A DNA stretch of 16,280 nt from Candidatus Wukongarchaeum yapensis (GTDB taxonomy: Archaea; Asgardarchaeota; Wukongarchaeia; Wukongarchaeales; Wukongarchaeaceae), in contig JAEOSI010000026.1 of NCBI GenBank assembly GCA_016840425.1, positions 1 to 16,280 of the forward strand. Reading direction: 5' to 3'. Below are positions 1-7,906 of this stretch, piece after piece (position 1 is the first letter of the stretch; each line of letters opens with the position of its first letter). Below the pieces are notes generated by a model. It saw only the letters and a list, made by a program, of their open reading frames with translations, was not told the origin of the DNA and made no database searches. Position numbers and translations under genes: made by a program.

Positions 1-278
1 AATTCTTGGGACTTCCTTAAAGACAAGTAAAAAGTTAAAGATTTTAAGTATGATCCGCTGTTTAAAATGGAGGTCTTTTTTAAACCGAATTTTGGACATA
101 AAATAACTTATAAACCATCAATCTAACTCATTTTTTATATTTATTTCCTCATTTAAATGATTTAAGTAACCTAATGAACTACTAAAACTATCCCGATATA
201 ATCATTCATTGCGCAAAATGTAGATTTTACGCAATAATTCTTAATTCTCTACTTCTATCTTCTAACTAGTTTCTGCAG

Positions 279-584
279 TTATTTTTTTTCCTTTCTTTTT
301 GCCTTTGATCGAGGAAAAATGTATTCTTCTATTTTTATTGTTCGTAGGCAAGCAGCTTCGTAGTTGTATCTTTCTTGTTCTAGGAGATTTGCAACTTTTT
401 CTGTGAAGATTGGGTAGAGGTTCTCTATTTTCTCCTTTTCTAGGGCTTCATAGAGGAAGTTGGCTGCGAATTGAGGATCGTTACAGGCCATTTCGAAGGT
501 AAAGTGTATTATCATTTTCTCGTTTTTGTAGATTTTGTTTTTGTCTTTATACTTGTTTTTAACCAATTTTTCTCCCTCCAGCAC
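279..584 (-). CDS. Hypothetical protein, divergent from the recombinase
   Basis: 101-aa ORF with protein-like K/E-rich composition and no recognisable motif; GTG start uncertain. Confidence 0.45.
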   Translation of the reverse strand: MLEGEKLVKNKYKDKNKIYKNEKMIIHFTFEMACNDPQFAANFLYEALEKEKIENLYPIFTEKVANLLEQERYNYEAACLRTIKIEEYIFPRSKAKRKEKK

Positions 585-716
585 CCATTGAGGGAAGATT
601 TTTTTTCTTTATTTAATTATTAGAGCTTATTTCTACTAAAATGATTTGGTAGAATAGTTTGTAGATATGGTAGTTTATTGCCGATTACAAAATTTTCTTA
701 CTTTTCAAGAATATAT

Positions 717-759
717 TTTTGCTAAATTTTTATGGCTGTTTTAACAAAAAGAGAGGTGT
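717..759 (+). repeat. Motif A, copy 1 (upstream of recombinase)
   Basis: TTTTGCTAAATTTTTATGGCTGTTTTAACAAAAAGAGAGGTGT aligns with 11505-11550 and 10058-10093. Confidence 0.7.
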
Positions 760-768
760 TTTTGAGTT

Positions 769-810
769 TTTGTAGAAATTATAATTTAAGTTTGTAAAAA
801 ATTATACAAA
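769..810. promoter_or_regulatory. Candidate promoter/operator of the recombinase
   Basis: Near-direct repeat TTTGTAGAAATTATA (769-783) / TTTGTAAAAAATTATA (791-806) and imperfect palindrome TTTGTA-N8-TACAAA (791-810), ending 16 bp before the TTG start. Confidence 0.3.
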
Positions 811-826
811 ATGTTGGGAAAAAATT

Positions 827-1402
827 TTGAAAAATAAACCGAGAAAGCTTCCAAAATACCTTGAGCTTGAGGAAATTAGTCGACTTTTAAGCGTTGTAGA
901 TAGGGTTAGAGATTTGCTTATTATTAGGCTTATGGTGTTTGCTGGCCTAAGGGTTAGTGAGGTGGCTGGTTTGAAGATAAGTGATGTTAATTTTGCGGAA
1001 GGGGAGCTTAGAGTGAGTTGGGAGACGGCTAAAAGGCAGAAAGAGAGAATGGTGGTGATTGATGAGGAAACGGGTCGTTTGCTTTATCAGTTTGCTCTTA
1101 ATAAAGGGTTGAAGGGGGGTGATTTCTTTTTCGCGAGTCGGAAAAGTGAGAGGATAAGTACTAGGCAGATTCAGTATATGGTTAAGAATTATGCTGTGAA
1201 GGCTGGTTTGCCTGATTGGGTTACTCCTCATAAGTTGCGGCATACGTTTGCTACGCATCAATTGCGTGGTGGTATGGATTTGCGTGTTCTTCAAGATAGT
1301 TTGGGTCATGATCATATTAGTACGACGCAAATTTATACGCATGTGGATATGAGGGAGAAGAAGCGGCAGTTTGTTGATTTGTCTAAAAAATTAAATCAAT
1401 GA
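827..1402 (+). CDS. Tyrosine recombinase/integrase (XerC/D/XerA-like catalytic domain only, 191 aa)
   Basis: Full catalytic set: AGLRVSE (Arg), AKRQK (Lys), HKLRH (HxxR), LGH (His), TTQIY (Tyr). Begins with the LPKYL segment that normally starts the catalytic domain; no N-terminal core-binding domain. Confidence 0.95.
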   Translation: MKNKPRKLPKYLELEEISRLLSVVDRVRDLLIIRLMVFAGLRVSEVAGLKISDVNFAEGELRVSWETAKRQKERMVVIDEETGRLLYQFALNKGLKGGDFFFASRKSERISTRQIQYMVKNYAVKAGLPDWVTPHKLRHTFATHQLRGGMDLRVLQDSLGHDHISTTQIYTHVDMREKKRQFVDLSKKLNQ

Positions 1403-1880
1403 AAAGCAATGGATGAAAGGTATAAAGATAAGGATTATAAGACAAATATAGGTATACGTAAGGTAAGAGGCGGTGGTAAAGCCAAAGGATTCGTTACGGG
1501 AACTTAGAGAATTAGGGAAATTTTTTTCAGACAAACTTCTGCAAGAAATAAAAAAACCATGAGAACTGGAACTAGACGGGGTTTTATAATAGTTTTAACG
1601 GATTGGATCCGATAACTAGCAATGTTATTTATAGCCTAATAGGAGGAATAAATAGCAAACCGTTGAAAACTATGGAAAAACATGTATTAAGGGACTTTAC
1701 GATATTATTGTTTTTATTACTTTTTTTTTGTAATAAAGGTAGTATAACCTGCCTATTACTCTAGGAAGGATTCCCTAGGCAATTTTACATACGTAATTAG
1801 GAGCCTTTATAAGGGCGTATAGAGGCATTTTGAAATGTGGTGGTTTTTTTCATCATCACGAATTTAGGAGATGAAAGCAA

Positions 1881-2135
1881 ATGAGTATGGAAAGTTTTAT
1901 CTCTTCCTGCCTTCAGGGAAGATTAGTCGACGTATACTGCGGAGATGGAGCTTGGTTTCACGGCGAAGTCGTCACCTGTGTAGATGGAGTACTAGGTCTT
2001 AAAAGCGGTATTACTTACACTAATGTTGCAGTAGAGAAGATCATAGGTATTTGGGAAACTTGCAAAGAAGAGTACGATAAAAGAAATTTAGCCGAAATAA
2101 AAGCAGGCCATATTACTCATAGTACTCATTTATAA
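1881..2135 (+). CDS. Small MM0924-like (Sm/LSm-like beta) protein
   Basis: MESFISSCLQGRLVDVYCG...GEVVTCVDGVLGL...VAVEKIIGIW resembles archaeal MM0924-family proteins as recalled; AGGAG RBS upstream. Confidence 0.65.
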   Translation: MSMESFISSCLQGRLVDVYCGDGAWFHGEVVTCVDGVLGLKSGITYTNVAVEKIIGIWETCKEEYDKRNLAEIKAGHITHSTHL

Positions 2136-2187
2136 GGAAAATCTGAGAAATACCCTAATCACAAATAAATTATAGGAATAATGTGCG

Positions 2188-2261
2188 GGTGGTGGGTGGT
2201 TTAATTGAAAATTCATCTCAGCCATCTGTTAAACCATCCATCACCTACCACTATTTTTTTT
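2188..2261 (+). terminator. 17-bp stem-loop followed by T8 tract
   Basis: GGTGGTGGGTGGTTTAA (2188-2204) pairs with TTAAACCATCCATCACC (2229-2245): 15 Watson-Crick + 2 G-T pairs, 24-nt loop, T8 at 2254-2261, downstream of the 1881-2135 gene. Confidence 0.55.
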
Positions 2262-2316
2262 GACTGCTAAGTTTTTAAGTTTTTTTTGCTTTTTATTTTT
2301 TCTTTATGGTTTTTTT

Positions 2317-2478
2317 GGTGTACCGTTTTTAAAGCGAATGTCACTCATGCTTAAGAAAGTGTAGTTTCCAAAACATGTGGACTATTTATACTACACTCCT
2401 GCAGAATATGAGAGAATCAAGGAAGAATCCTCAGTTATAGCAGATGTCTTAGAAAATTCGTTGGAAATTACAGTATAA
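2317..2478 (+). pseudogene. C-terminal remnant of a minimal nucleotidyltransferase (MNT antitoxin-like) gene
   Basis: Reads GVPFLKRMSLMLKKV*FPKHVDYLYYTPAEYERIKEESSVIADVLENSLEITV*; the VD-x-x-x-YTP-x-E-Y/F pattern is typical of archaeal MNT C-termini. In-frame TAG at 2362-2364; N-terminal half absent. Confidence 0.6.
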
Positions 2479-2530
2479 AATTCTTAAGAATTAGGAAACA
2501 TTAGAACAAATTAATCTTAGTGGTTTAGGT

Positions 2531-2759
2531 TTATTCGACAGGAAGTTCTTTGCGTTTTTTAATCGGGATATTTATCATGGTTTCTTCGATATTCTCTAGG
2601 GGTACTCTTAGGCTCATGTCTAAAATTTCTATCCCTATAACTTTTCCATCTTTGGTGTAATCAATGATTATACCGTCTGCTATTTCTTTACTGATATCAT
2701 ATTTCCCTTCTTGAAATACTATATAAAATGTGTCTACCTCTGGATCATAACTTATTCAT
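2531..2759 (-). pseudogene. DUF2283-family protein, frameshifted right after the start codon
   Basis: ISYDPEVDTFYIVFQEGKYDISKEIADGIIIDYTKDGKVIGIEILD matches the DUF2283 pattern (YDPEVD...IDYD..G..IGIEIL). ATG at 2759-2757 with GAGAGGGA RBS is out of frame with the body (ATG-A-ATA-AGT). Not in the ORF track. Confidence 0.85.
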
Positions 2760-2818
2760 TTTTTATTGCTTCCCTCTCTATACTTCTTTTTGCTTGCAAG
2801 ATATGCGGTTATGACTAT

Positions 2819-3322
2819 ATGAGAGTTCTCAACTTGTTTGAAAACAACCCGAATCATCTTGATGCGAATGTCTATTGCAGATCAAGGGATGATAGATCAC
2901 AGAAAAGAATAGAAAGAGAAGCAGAGGCTTTTGAATAGATCGCAAAATTGAAGGAAGAGGGGAAGCTCATTATTATAAGCTCAGACTATGTTAAGATGGA
3001 ATTGATGGAAATAGAAGATGAGGAAAAACGAGAAGACGTAATGAATTTTGAGAGGGTGTTGAGTGATCTGAACTTCGAGCATAATAACGAAGTGAAGCTT
3101 TTGGCTTCTGAAATAGTAGAAAAGTGTAACATAGGCATACTTGACGCGTTACATATCTCCGCCGCTGTCTTAACTAATGCAGAGTTTTTCCTGACATGCG
3201 ATGAAGGCATTACTGTCAAAAGGATTCGTGTAACGGAAGTATTAAGAGGTAAAGGGCAGTTCATTAATATATTCAACCCCATTGATTACTTAAAATCTGA
3301 ATGGAGGATAATTATTAGATGA
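2819..3322 (+). pseudogene. PIN-domain (VapC-like) toxin interrupted by an in-frame TAG
   Basis: ORFs 2711-2938 and 2948-3322 are in the same frame, separated by TAG 2936-2938. Joined they read HLDANVY...DDRSQKRIEREAEA...LDALHISAA...FFLTCD, with the PIN acidic motifs. Start 2819 or 2834. Confidence 0.8.
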
Positions 3323-3549
3323 GTGAGATTAAGAATGAGAGAGGAGTCATTTCCCTTGTAGGGAAGACTATAAGGATCCCCTTTGATGCCCTAGTGGAGG
3401 AACTTGGTTTAGAAAGGGCAATTCGATTCATCAGTAAAGTTAAGAAGAATTACGGTAATTCTGTCATTGAATTAAGGGAGAAAACCAGAGACTTGACGAT
3501 GGAAGAGATTGAGAAAAGAATCAAAATGTGGAAGGAGCAAGGGCGATAA
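3319..3549 (+). CDS. Probable antitoxin partner of the PIN gene
   Basis: 76 aa, ATGA overlap with the PIN stop; ALVEELGLERAIRFI...LTMEEI resembles small proteins typically encoded downstream of this PIN subfamily. Confidence 0.6.
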   Translation: MSEIKNERGVISLVGKTIRIPFDALVEELGLERAIRFISKVKKNYGNSVIELREKTRDLTMEEIEKRIKMWKEQGR

Positions 3550-3595
3550 CACGATAAGTAAGAACCATTGTTGCTTGTTAAATATACGTAAAACT

Positions 3596-3628
3596 GTTAA
3601 ACCTGTTGTAAAACTGGTTCGTTTTTAT
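3596..3628 (+). repeat. Direct repeat C, left copy (flanks AMP/RuBisCO cluster)
   Basis: GTTAAACCTGTTGTAAAACTGGTTCGTTTTTAT versus GTTAAACCTATTTGTAAAACTTGTTAGTTTTTTAT at 7562-7596. Confidence 0.65.
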
Positions 3629-3762
3629 GTTTTTGTTCATTAAGATAACATATTTAGCATCCGTGTTTTTGCCTGCTTGTTTTCTTGTTTTGGTACTATC
3701 TTACCGAAAATTTATTGTGCATTCATTAACTTAAGAGATTATTGTTCTTATGGTGAGAAATA

Positions 3763-4683
3763 TTGTTAGAACAAATCAGAAAAATTGCCATGAAAATAAA
3801 GCAGCTCGAAGTTCAAGGTGCTAGGAATGTTGCTATTGCTGCTATAAAAGCCTTAGAAAGTTTAGCAAAAGAGACAAAAGCAAAAAATAAGGAGGAATTT
3901 TTAAACGAGGTTTTAAAGGCAAAAGAGATCCTTTTTTCTTCAAGAGAGACTGAACCGCTTATGAGAAATGCCGTTAGATGGATAATAAGCCAGTTGGAAA
4001 AGAGCGACTATGAAAAAGTTCAAAAGCTAGCAGAAATAGTTTCTTCGAGTTCTCAAAGTTTTCTTAAAAATCTTGAAGATTCGAGGGAGAAAATTGCTAA
4101 AATAGGGGCTAAAAGAATTAGGGATAATTCGGTAATATTTACCCATTGTCACTCTTCTACGGTCACTTATTTGTTGAAAAAAGCAAAGCAAGAAGGGAAA
4201 TCTTTTGAAGTCATCTGTACTGAAACTAGGCCTGTCTTTCAGGGTAGAATAACGGTTAAAGAGATGTTAGAACTAGGCGTGGAAACAACTTTGATCGTAG
4301 ATTCGGCTGCTCGCTTTTTTATGAATCAAGCTGATTTAGTAATTGTTGGAGCGGATGCTATAACATCTGAGGGAAATGTCATAAATAAGATTGGAACGAG
4401 CATGGTAGCTCTTGTGGCTCAGGAGGCTAGAACGCCCTTCTATGTGGCTTCTGAACTTTTAAAGTTTGATCCAGAGACAATGTATGGAGATTACGAAAAA
4501 ATAGAAGAGAGATATCCTGAAGAGGTTTGGGAAAATCCTCCGGAAAAGTTGACTATTAGAAACCCAGCTTTTGATGTGATAAGGAGAGGCTTTATTCACG
4601 GCATAATATGTGAATTGGGAATATTTTCTCCTCATTCAATAACGGAGGTTATGCATAGAGTATATCCGTGGATTTTCGAGTGA
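3763..4683 (+). CDS. e2b2: Ribose-1,5-bisphosphate isomerase (eIF-2B alpha/beta/delta family)
   Basis: THCHSSTV (catalytic Cys), ETRP, GADAI (catalytic Asp), NKIGT, NPAFD motifs; 306 aa; adjacent to RuBisCO and AMP phosphorylase; GGTGA RBS. Confidence 0.93.
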   Translation: MLEQIRKIAMKIKQLEVQGARNVAIAAIKALESLAKETKAKNKEEFLNEVLKAKEILFSSRETEPLMRNAVRWIISQLEKSDYEKVQKLAEIVSSSSQSFLKNLEDSREKIAKIGAKRIRDNSVIFTHCHSSTVTYLLKKAKQEGKSFEVICTETRPVFQGRITVKEMLELGVETTLIVDSAARFFMNQADLVIVGADAITSEGNVINKIGTSMVALVAQEARTPFYVASELLKFDPETMYGDYEKIEERYPEEVWENPPEKLTIRNPAFDVIRRGFIHGIICELGIFSPHSITEVMHRVYPWIFE

Positions 4684-4696
4684 CGTGGCCAGATCG

Positions 4697-5926
4697 TTAA
4701 TCTTGTTCTTTCCATGTTTGTAATGCATTTTCAAGTTCTTTGTGTGTTTTAGCATATTCACTTAGTGGTATGTTTTTTAGGGTCGCGTCTACTGCTTGTC
4801 GCATAGCTTTTGATCCCGAAATTGTCCCTTCTTTGTGACCATGAATGCCTCCTCCTGCCTGAATGATGAAATCTGTTCCGAAAAATTTTATTAGAGCTGG
4901 AATGAGGCCTGGATGTAAACCACCTGAAGCAACAGGGAAAGTGCGTTTTAGCCCGTTCATTTCTTCTTTTAAAGCTTCAATGTTTTCTGATACTTCTTTT
5001 CTTGTTTCGAACATTTTTCCGACACCTGTTCCTACGTGGAGTTGGTCTACGCCGATTATTCTGGCTATTTTTGCTATTACCTGCATAGAAATTCCGTGCT
5101 TAGGGTCTTTAGTGAATGCTGCGTGTCCTGCTCTATGTGCGTGAATTACAAGGTCAAAATCTTCTTCACAGAGTGTTTGTAAGGCTGAAAAACCGCATGT
5201 TAGGATGTCGACCATGATGTATTCTCCGCCGTGGTTGAGGACAAATTCAGCCCTTTTCAGCATTTTTTTCGTTTCAGCTGTAACGTTAGCCATGTATACT
5301 TTTCTTTCTCCGGTTTCTTCTTCGGCTTTATCTCTACTCTCTAGGGTTTTTATGACACGGTCTTCGAAGGGATTAAACCTTTGGTTGCTCAGGTTCTCAT
5401 CATCTTTTACTATGTCGCATCCTCCAAGCCAGGCTTCGTATGCGACTTCTGCATGATCCGTGGTTTTCAACCCTAGCTTGGGTTTGATTATTGTTCCTAC
5501 TAAGGGCCGAGCATTAACTTTTAAAAGCTTGCGAATGCCTTCTATGCCGTATTTTGGACCCTTGAAGTTTTTTATGAGCTGTGGCGGAAAATAGATATCG
5601 TTTAGCCGTAGGTTTTTCAAAGTTTTTAGTCCAAAGACATTTCCTGCAATACTGCTTAATATGTTGGGCATATTTTCCTCTTCAAAAAGTTCGATTGGAT
5701 AGGCAATTTTTACGTCGTTTCCTTTTATGCTAAAGACGTGGGCAGCGAGTTTTTTAACATAATGTTTTATGGTTGTAAGTTCTGTCCAGGTTCCGATTGA
5801 ACTTTCGGCAGCGACTCCTCCCGCAATTTCTTTTATACTGGCATCTTCAGGTTCAACGTAAAATTTGCAAATAATATCAGTTTCTTCAGGTTTATATTTT
5901 AAATTCACAAAGTCGATATATTTCAA
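4697..5926 (-). CDS. rbcL: RuBisCO large subunit, form III (archaeal type)
   Basis: AAESSIGTW, GNVFG, KPKLG, GCDIVKDDE (carbamylated Lys), HRAGH, QLHVGT-GVGK (loop-6 Lys), SGGLHPG, QAGGGIHGH: the active-site motifs of a bona fide RuBisCO rather than a form IV RLP; 409 aa. Confidence 0.97.
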   Translation of the reverse strand: MKYIDFVNLKYKPEETDIICKFYVEPEDASIKEIAGGVAAESSIGTWTELTTIKHYVKKLAAHVFSIKGNDVKIAYPIELFEEENMPNILSSIAGNVFGLKTLKNLRLNDIYFPPQLIKNFKGPKYGIEGIRKLLKVNARPLVGTIIKPKLGLKTTDHAEVAYEAWLGGCDIVKDDENLSNQRFNPFEDRVIKTLESRDKAEEETGERKVYMANVTAETKKMLKRAEFVLNHGGEYIMVDILTCGFSALQTLCEEDFDLVIHAHRAGHAAFTKDPKHGISMQVIAKIARIIGVDQLHVGTGVGKMFETRKEVSENIEALKEEMNGLKRTFPVASGGLHPGLIPALIKFFGTDFIIQAGGGIHGHKEGTISGSKAMRQAVDATLKNIPLSEYAKTHKELENALQTWKEQD

Positions 5927-6008
5927 ACAAACTAACCCTCTAGCTTTTTAATAGTAATATAGCAATGAAATTTCTTTATATCATTTAATTATTATAGTTG
6001 TTTGAGAA
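5927..6008. promoter_or_regulatory. Compact bidirectional promoter region between rbcL and AMP phosphorylase
   Basis: 82-bp very AT-rich spacer between divergent starts with several TTTA[A/T]A-like boxes; GAGGG RBS for rbcL. Confidence 0.5.
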
Positions 6009-7562
6009 GTGAACCCTATGAAACTCAAGGCTAGGATCCTAGATATACAAACAGGCGGGAAAAGAATAGCTATTTTGGACGATGAAACTGCAAGTTTTAT
6101 GGGGATACATTCTTCTGACCGGGTGGAAATAACTTTTAAAGGCAAGTCTTTAGTTGCTATTGTTAACATAGCTAGCAACTTTCCGCGTAGCTATGTGGGG
6201 CTTTTCCAAGAAGTTTCAACAAAACTGGGTGTAAAAAAGGGGGAAACGGTTGATGTGCGAGGGGCAGAAAGACCTGAGGGGCTTGAGTATATACGAGCCA
6301 AAGTACGCGGTGAAAGGTTACAAGAAAACGAGATAAAAACTATTGTTGAAGACGTAGTGAAACAACATCTAAGCGATATGGAAATAGCATCCTTTGTGAC
6401 AGCTCTCTATATTCACGAATTAAAAATGGATGAAATTGAAGCTTTATCGAAGGCAATGGTGCAAACAGGTAACATATTAAATTTTGATAAAACCCCAGTT
6501 TTAGACAAACACAGCATAGGCGGGGTTCCTGGCGACAAAACAACAATTCTAGTGGTTCCAATCATTGCTAGTGCAGGCTTTGTCATACCTAAAACTTCAT
6601 CAAGGGCGGTAACTTCTCCGGCTGGAACTGCAGACCGAGTCGAAACATTATGTCCGGTGAACTTGACCGTTGAAGAGATAAAAGAGGTGATTAAGAAAAC
6701 AAACGGGTGCATGGTTTGGGGTGGTGCTTTAGAACTGGCCCCAGCTGACGATATTTTTATTCAAATAGAATATCCTCTAGGAATTGATCCTTTACTTCTT
6801 CCATCAATCATGAGCAAGAAAAAATCTGTAGGGGCTACCCACGTAATTATAGATATACCAACCGGAATAGAAGCTAAAGTAAAAACAAGAGGCGATGCAC
6901 GCACTCTTGCATACGATTTTATAGATTTGGGAAAAAGATTAGGAATAAACGTTCAATGTGCAGTAACTTTTGGAGAACAGCCTCTAGGGCAAACTATAGG
7001 GCCAGCTCTAGAAGCAAAAGAAGCTTTATCTACCATTATGGGTAACGGTCCAGCAGACCTTAGAGAGAAAGTCATAAGCATTGCAGGCGTACTATTCGAA
7101 ATGATTGGTATCAAAAATGGGAAAGAAAAAGCATTAAACCTTTTAAAATCTGGAAAAGCTGAAGAAAAACTCAGAGAAATAATTGAAGCACAAGGGGGAG
7201 ATCCAAAAATAAAACCCGAGGATGTTAAAGTTGGAGATAAAAAAGAAGTGATCAGAACAAGAGAAGAAGGCAGAATTTTATGGATTAATAACAAAAAAAT
7301 TGCTCAAGTTGCAAAGGAAGCAGGGGCACCAAAAGAAAAGGGAGCCGGAGTCAAACTTATGTTAAAACTTGGAGAATATGCTAGAAAGGATGAAGTTCTC
7401 TTCGAAATATATGCTGAAAGAAGTTCAAAATTAGAAGCAGCCGTACAATTGGCAAAGAATCTCCAGCCAGTAAGATTGAGCAAAAAGCTAGAAGAAAGGA
7501 TGTTAATGGATAGAATTCCGAAAAAAACTGTAAGTAAAAAAATATTCATGCTAGAAAGATAG
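6009..7562 (+). CDS. deoA: AMP phosphorylase (thymidine phosphorylase family with N-terminal extension)
   Basis: DKHSIGGVPGDKTT, PKTSSRAVTSPAGTAD, GGALELAPADD, GIGPALEA-like motif, AGAPKEKGAGV; ~85-aa N-terminal extension typical of AMP phosphorylases. Start may be ATG 6018. Confidence 0.96.
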   Translation: MNPMKLKARILDIQTGGKRIAILDDETASFMGIHSSDRVEITFKGKSLVAIVNIASNFPRSYVGLFQEVSTKLGVKKGETVDVRGAERPEGLEYIRAKVRGERLQENEIKTIVEDVVKQHLSDMEIASFVTALYIHELKMDEIEALSKAMVQTGNILNFDKTPVLDKHSIGGVPGDKTTILVVPIIASAGFVIPKTSSRAVTSPAGTADRVETLCPVNLTVEEIKEVIKKTNGCMVWGGALELAPADDIFIQIEYPLGIDPLLLPSIMSKKKSVGATHVIIDIPTGIEAKVKTRGDARTLAYDFIDLGKRLGINVQCAVTFGEQPLGQTIGPALEAKEALSTIMGNGPADLREKVISIAGVLFEMIGIKNGKEKALNLLKSGKAEEKLREIIEAQGGDPKIKPEDVKVGDKKEVIRTREEGRILWINNKKIAQVAKEAGAPKEKGAGVKLMLKLGEYARKDEVLFEIYAERSSKLEAAVQLAKNLQPVRLSKKLEERMLMDRIPKKTVSKKIFMLER

Positions 7563-7596
7563 TTAAACCTATTTGTAAAACTTGTTAGTTTTTTAT
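7562..7596 (+). repeat. Direct repeat C, right copy
   Basis: Begins on the last base of the AMP phosphorylase stop codon; matches 3596-3628. Confidence 0.65.
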
Positions 7597-7696
7597 AATT
7601 AATGAAGGGTCTTTTAGAATCTTTTAAGTAATTATAGTTGATGTAACCTGTTTTTTTCTTAAATCTTGTAAATGGGAGAAAAAAATTTTTGTGAAA

Positions 7697-7839
7697 TGGT
7701 GGTAGGGATTTGCGTGTTCTTCAACATATTTTGGGTCATGATCATATTAGTACAACGCAAATTTACTTGCCGTGGATATGAGGGAGAAGAAGCGGCAGTT
7801 TGTTGATTTGTCTAAAAAATTGAATCGGTGAAAGGGAAG
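7697..7839 (+). pseudogene. Orphan 3' fragment of the tyrosine recombinase, copy 2
   Basis: Aligns to 1267-1402; ATG changed to AGG, 1-bp deletion near 7771, TGA at 7829-7831. Not in the ORF track. Confidence 0.95.
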
Positions 7840-7906
7840 AGGTAAAATTTTCCAAAACCTATATTTTCTCGAGCAATTCAATTAATTTTTTCTTTGATAT
7901 ATTAAT

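Noticed and set aside
1-99. Minus-strand frame from ATG at 99 running off the left edge (MSKIRFKKDLHFKQ...)
   Set aside because: Only 33 codons visible, no motif or RBS; cannot be supported.
827-1402. Calling the recombinase xerA with an adjacent dif site
   Set aside because: About 90 aa too short for XerA and no 11-6-11 dif-like inverted repeat was found nearby.
1413-1562. Possible decayed AbrB/MazE-type antitoxin (MKGIKIRIIRQI*VYVR*EAVVKPKDSLRELRELGKFFSDK)
   Set aside because: Two stops, core of the fold missing and the resemblance is too weak to call without an HMM search.
2711-2818. N-terminal 36 aa of ORF 2711-2938
   Set aside because: Overlaps the DUF2283 gene start and RBS on the opposite strand; PIN homology only begins near 2849.
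2362-2938. In-frame TAG codons in the MNT remnant and PIN gene as amber read-through (pyrrolysine or alternative code)
   Set aside because: TAG is the evident true stop of AMP phosphorylase, nitroreductase, asparaginase and the QueG-like gene in the same window, and neighbouring genes are broken by frameshifts too; simple pseudogenisation is more parsimonious.
3543-3602. Classical integron attC (TAAC at the antitoxin stop, GTTAAAT/GTTAAAC cores matching GTTRRRY)
   Set aside because: No complementary RYYYAAC inverse core or pairing L boxes, and the recombinase lacks the IntI-specific insertion between the catalytic motifs.
3576-3628. CRISPR-like or iteron array
   Set aside because: Only two imperfect ~20-bp units with no spacers and no cas or rep gene nearby.
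4697-5926. RuBisCO-like protein (form IV)
   Set aside because: Catalytic and substrate-binding motifs (KPKLG, KDDE, HRAGH, loop-6 Lys, SGG, GGG) are intact and the AMP-pathway partners are adjacent.
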